Below the pieces are notes generated by a model. The model did not search any database. It worked only from the letters and a program-made list of their open reading frames with translations, and was not told the DNA's origin. A stretch of DNA of 18,255 nt from Candidatus Margulisiibacteriota bacterium (GTDB lineage: Bacteria > Margulisbacteria > WOR-1 > O2-12-FULL-45-9). Each line of letters opens with the position of its first letter. The first letter of the stretch is position 1. The stretch lies in NCBI GenBank assembly GCA_034723395.1, contig JAYEOW010000011.1, positions 1-18,255 of the forward strand. Direction: 5' to 3'. Below are positions 17,332 through 18,255 of the stretch, piece by piece. A program made the translations under genes and the position numbers.

Positions 17332-18255
17332 TTAAATTATCCCCATCGCCGTCTTGGCTTCGGCCAGCGTTTTAGCCGCGATCTTTTTCGCCCGTTTTTC
17401 ACCTTCGACCAGGACTGCTTCGAGTTTTTTTGGATCCTTCCCGAGTTCTCTTCTCTTTTTATGGATCGGTTCGAGATAATCGACTAAAACAGCGGCCAAT
17501 TCGTTCTTGCAGGCAACGCATCCCCGTTTTGCCGCCCGGCACTCCTGGGCAACCGTATCGGTCCGGTTTTTACCAAAGACCTTATAGAATTCGTATACTG
17601 AGCAAACCTCGGGATGCCCTTTATCCTCTTTTTTTACCCGCGCCGGATCGGTGATCATAGTCGACACTTTTTTCCGGATACTCTCCGTAGAGTCCGAAAT
17701 ATCGATCGTATTATGATAGGACTTGCTCATCTTTCTCCCATCCAATCCGGGAAGGACCGAAAAATCGGTCAGCATCTCTTTTGGTTCGGAAAAAACGTTA
17801 CCGTAAAAATGGTTGAAACGGCGGGCAATCTCCCGGGTCAATTCGATATGCGGCAGCTGATCCTGCCCTACCGGCACTCCGTCCGCTTTGTACATTAAAA
17901 TATCAGCCGCTTGCAGGACAGGATAGCCTAGAAAACCATAAGTGCCCAGATCTTTCTGCTTTAGCTCGGCAATTTTACTTTTATAGGTTGGAACTCTTTC
18001 TAGCCAGGGGATTGGAGTAATCATAGAGAACATTAAGTGAAGTTCCGCATGCTCAGGTAAATACGATTGCCTAAAAAGGACCGATTTTTTTGGGTCGATC
18101 CCCGCGGCAAGCAGGTCGAGAACCACATTTTTAACGATATTTTTTAACATTTTGGTCTCATCATAGGAAGAGGTCAAGGCATGAAGGTCGGCAATAAAGA
18201 AAAAGCATTCATGCTTATCCTGGAGCTTTACCCAGTTCTCGATCGCCCCAATTAA
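17332..18255 (-). CDS. trpS: Tryptophan--tRNA ligase (5'-truncated by the window)
   Basis: IADLHALT, YPVLQAADIL, VPVGQDQLPHIELTREIARRFN, KMSKS. Frame is open to the window edge. Confidence 0.97.
   Translation of the reverse strand, partial: LIGAIENWVKLQDKHECFFFIADLHALTSSYDETKMLKNIVKNVVLDLLAAGIDPKKSVLFRQSYLPEHAELHLMFSMITPIPWLERVPTYKSKIAELKQKDLGTYGFLGYPVLQAADILMYKADGVPVGQDQLPHIELTREIARRFNHFYGNVFSEPKEMLTDFSVLPGLDGRKMSKSYHNTIDISDSTESIRKKVSTMITDPARVKKEDKGHPEVCSVYEFYKVFGKNRTDTVAQECRAAKRGCVACKNELAAVLVDYLEPIHKKRRELGKDPKKLEAVLVEGEKRAKKIAAKTLAEAKTAMGII

Overview
Gene-dense bacterial chromosomal window, probably from a diderm. The gene style (T9SS-like C-terminal domain plus PorV-like barrel, CCTGCCTGCCGGCAGGCAGG palindrome, heptamer repeats) suggests Saganbacteria/Margulisbacteria-like candidate phyla; this is inference only. 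Left to right: the right end of an IS1202/ISNCY-type insertion sequence (1-125); a + strand cluster of a conserved Cys/His membrane protein, a SIMPL protein, a 1100-aa secreted beta-helix protein with a T9SS-like C-terminal domain, and a PorV-like beta-barrel; then mostly housekeeping genes on the - strand (tRNA-binding OB-fold protein, uvrA, hisI, dnaE, queE, scpB, scpA, partial trpS), interrupted by two + strand orphans (a Tat-like HExxH protein and a 259-aa hypothetical). Two small genes missing from the ORF track were found: a 37-aa membrane peptide coupled to uvrA and a 46-aa DUF5679-like zinc ribbon. The strongest candidate for a new system is the cargo + PorV-like pair. The cargo has a ZU5/GPS-like HF|T motif just before its sorting domain, suggesting self-processing, and the PorV-like gene carries an in-frame ~110-bp palindromic element in its signal-peptide region.
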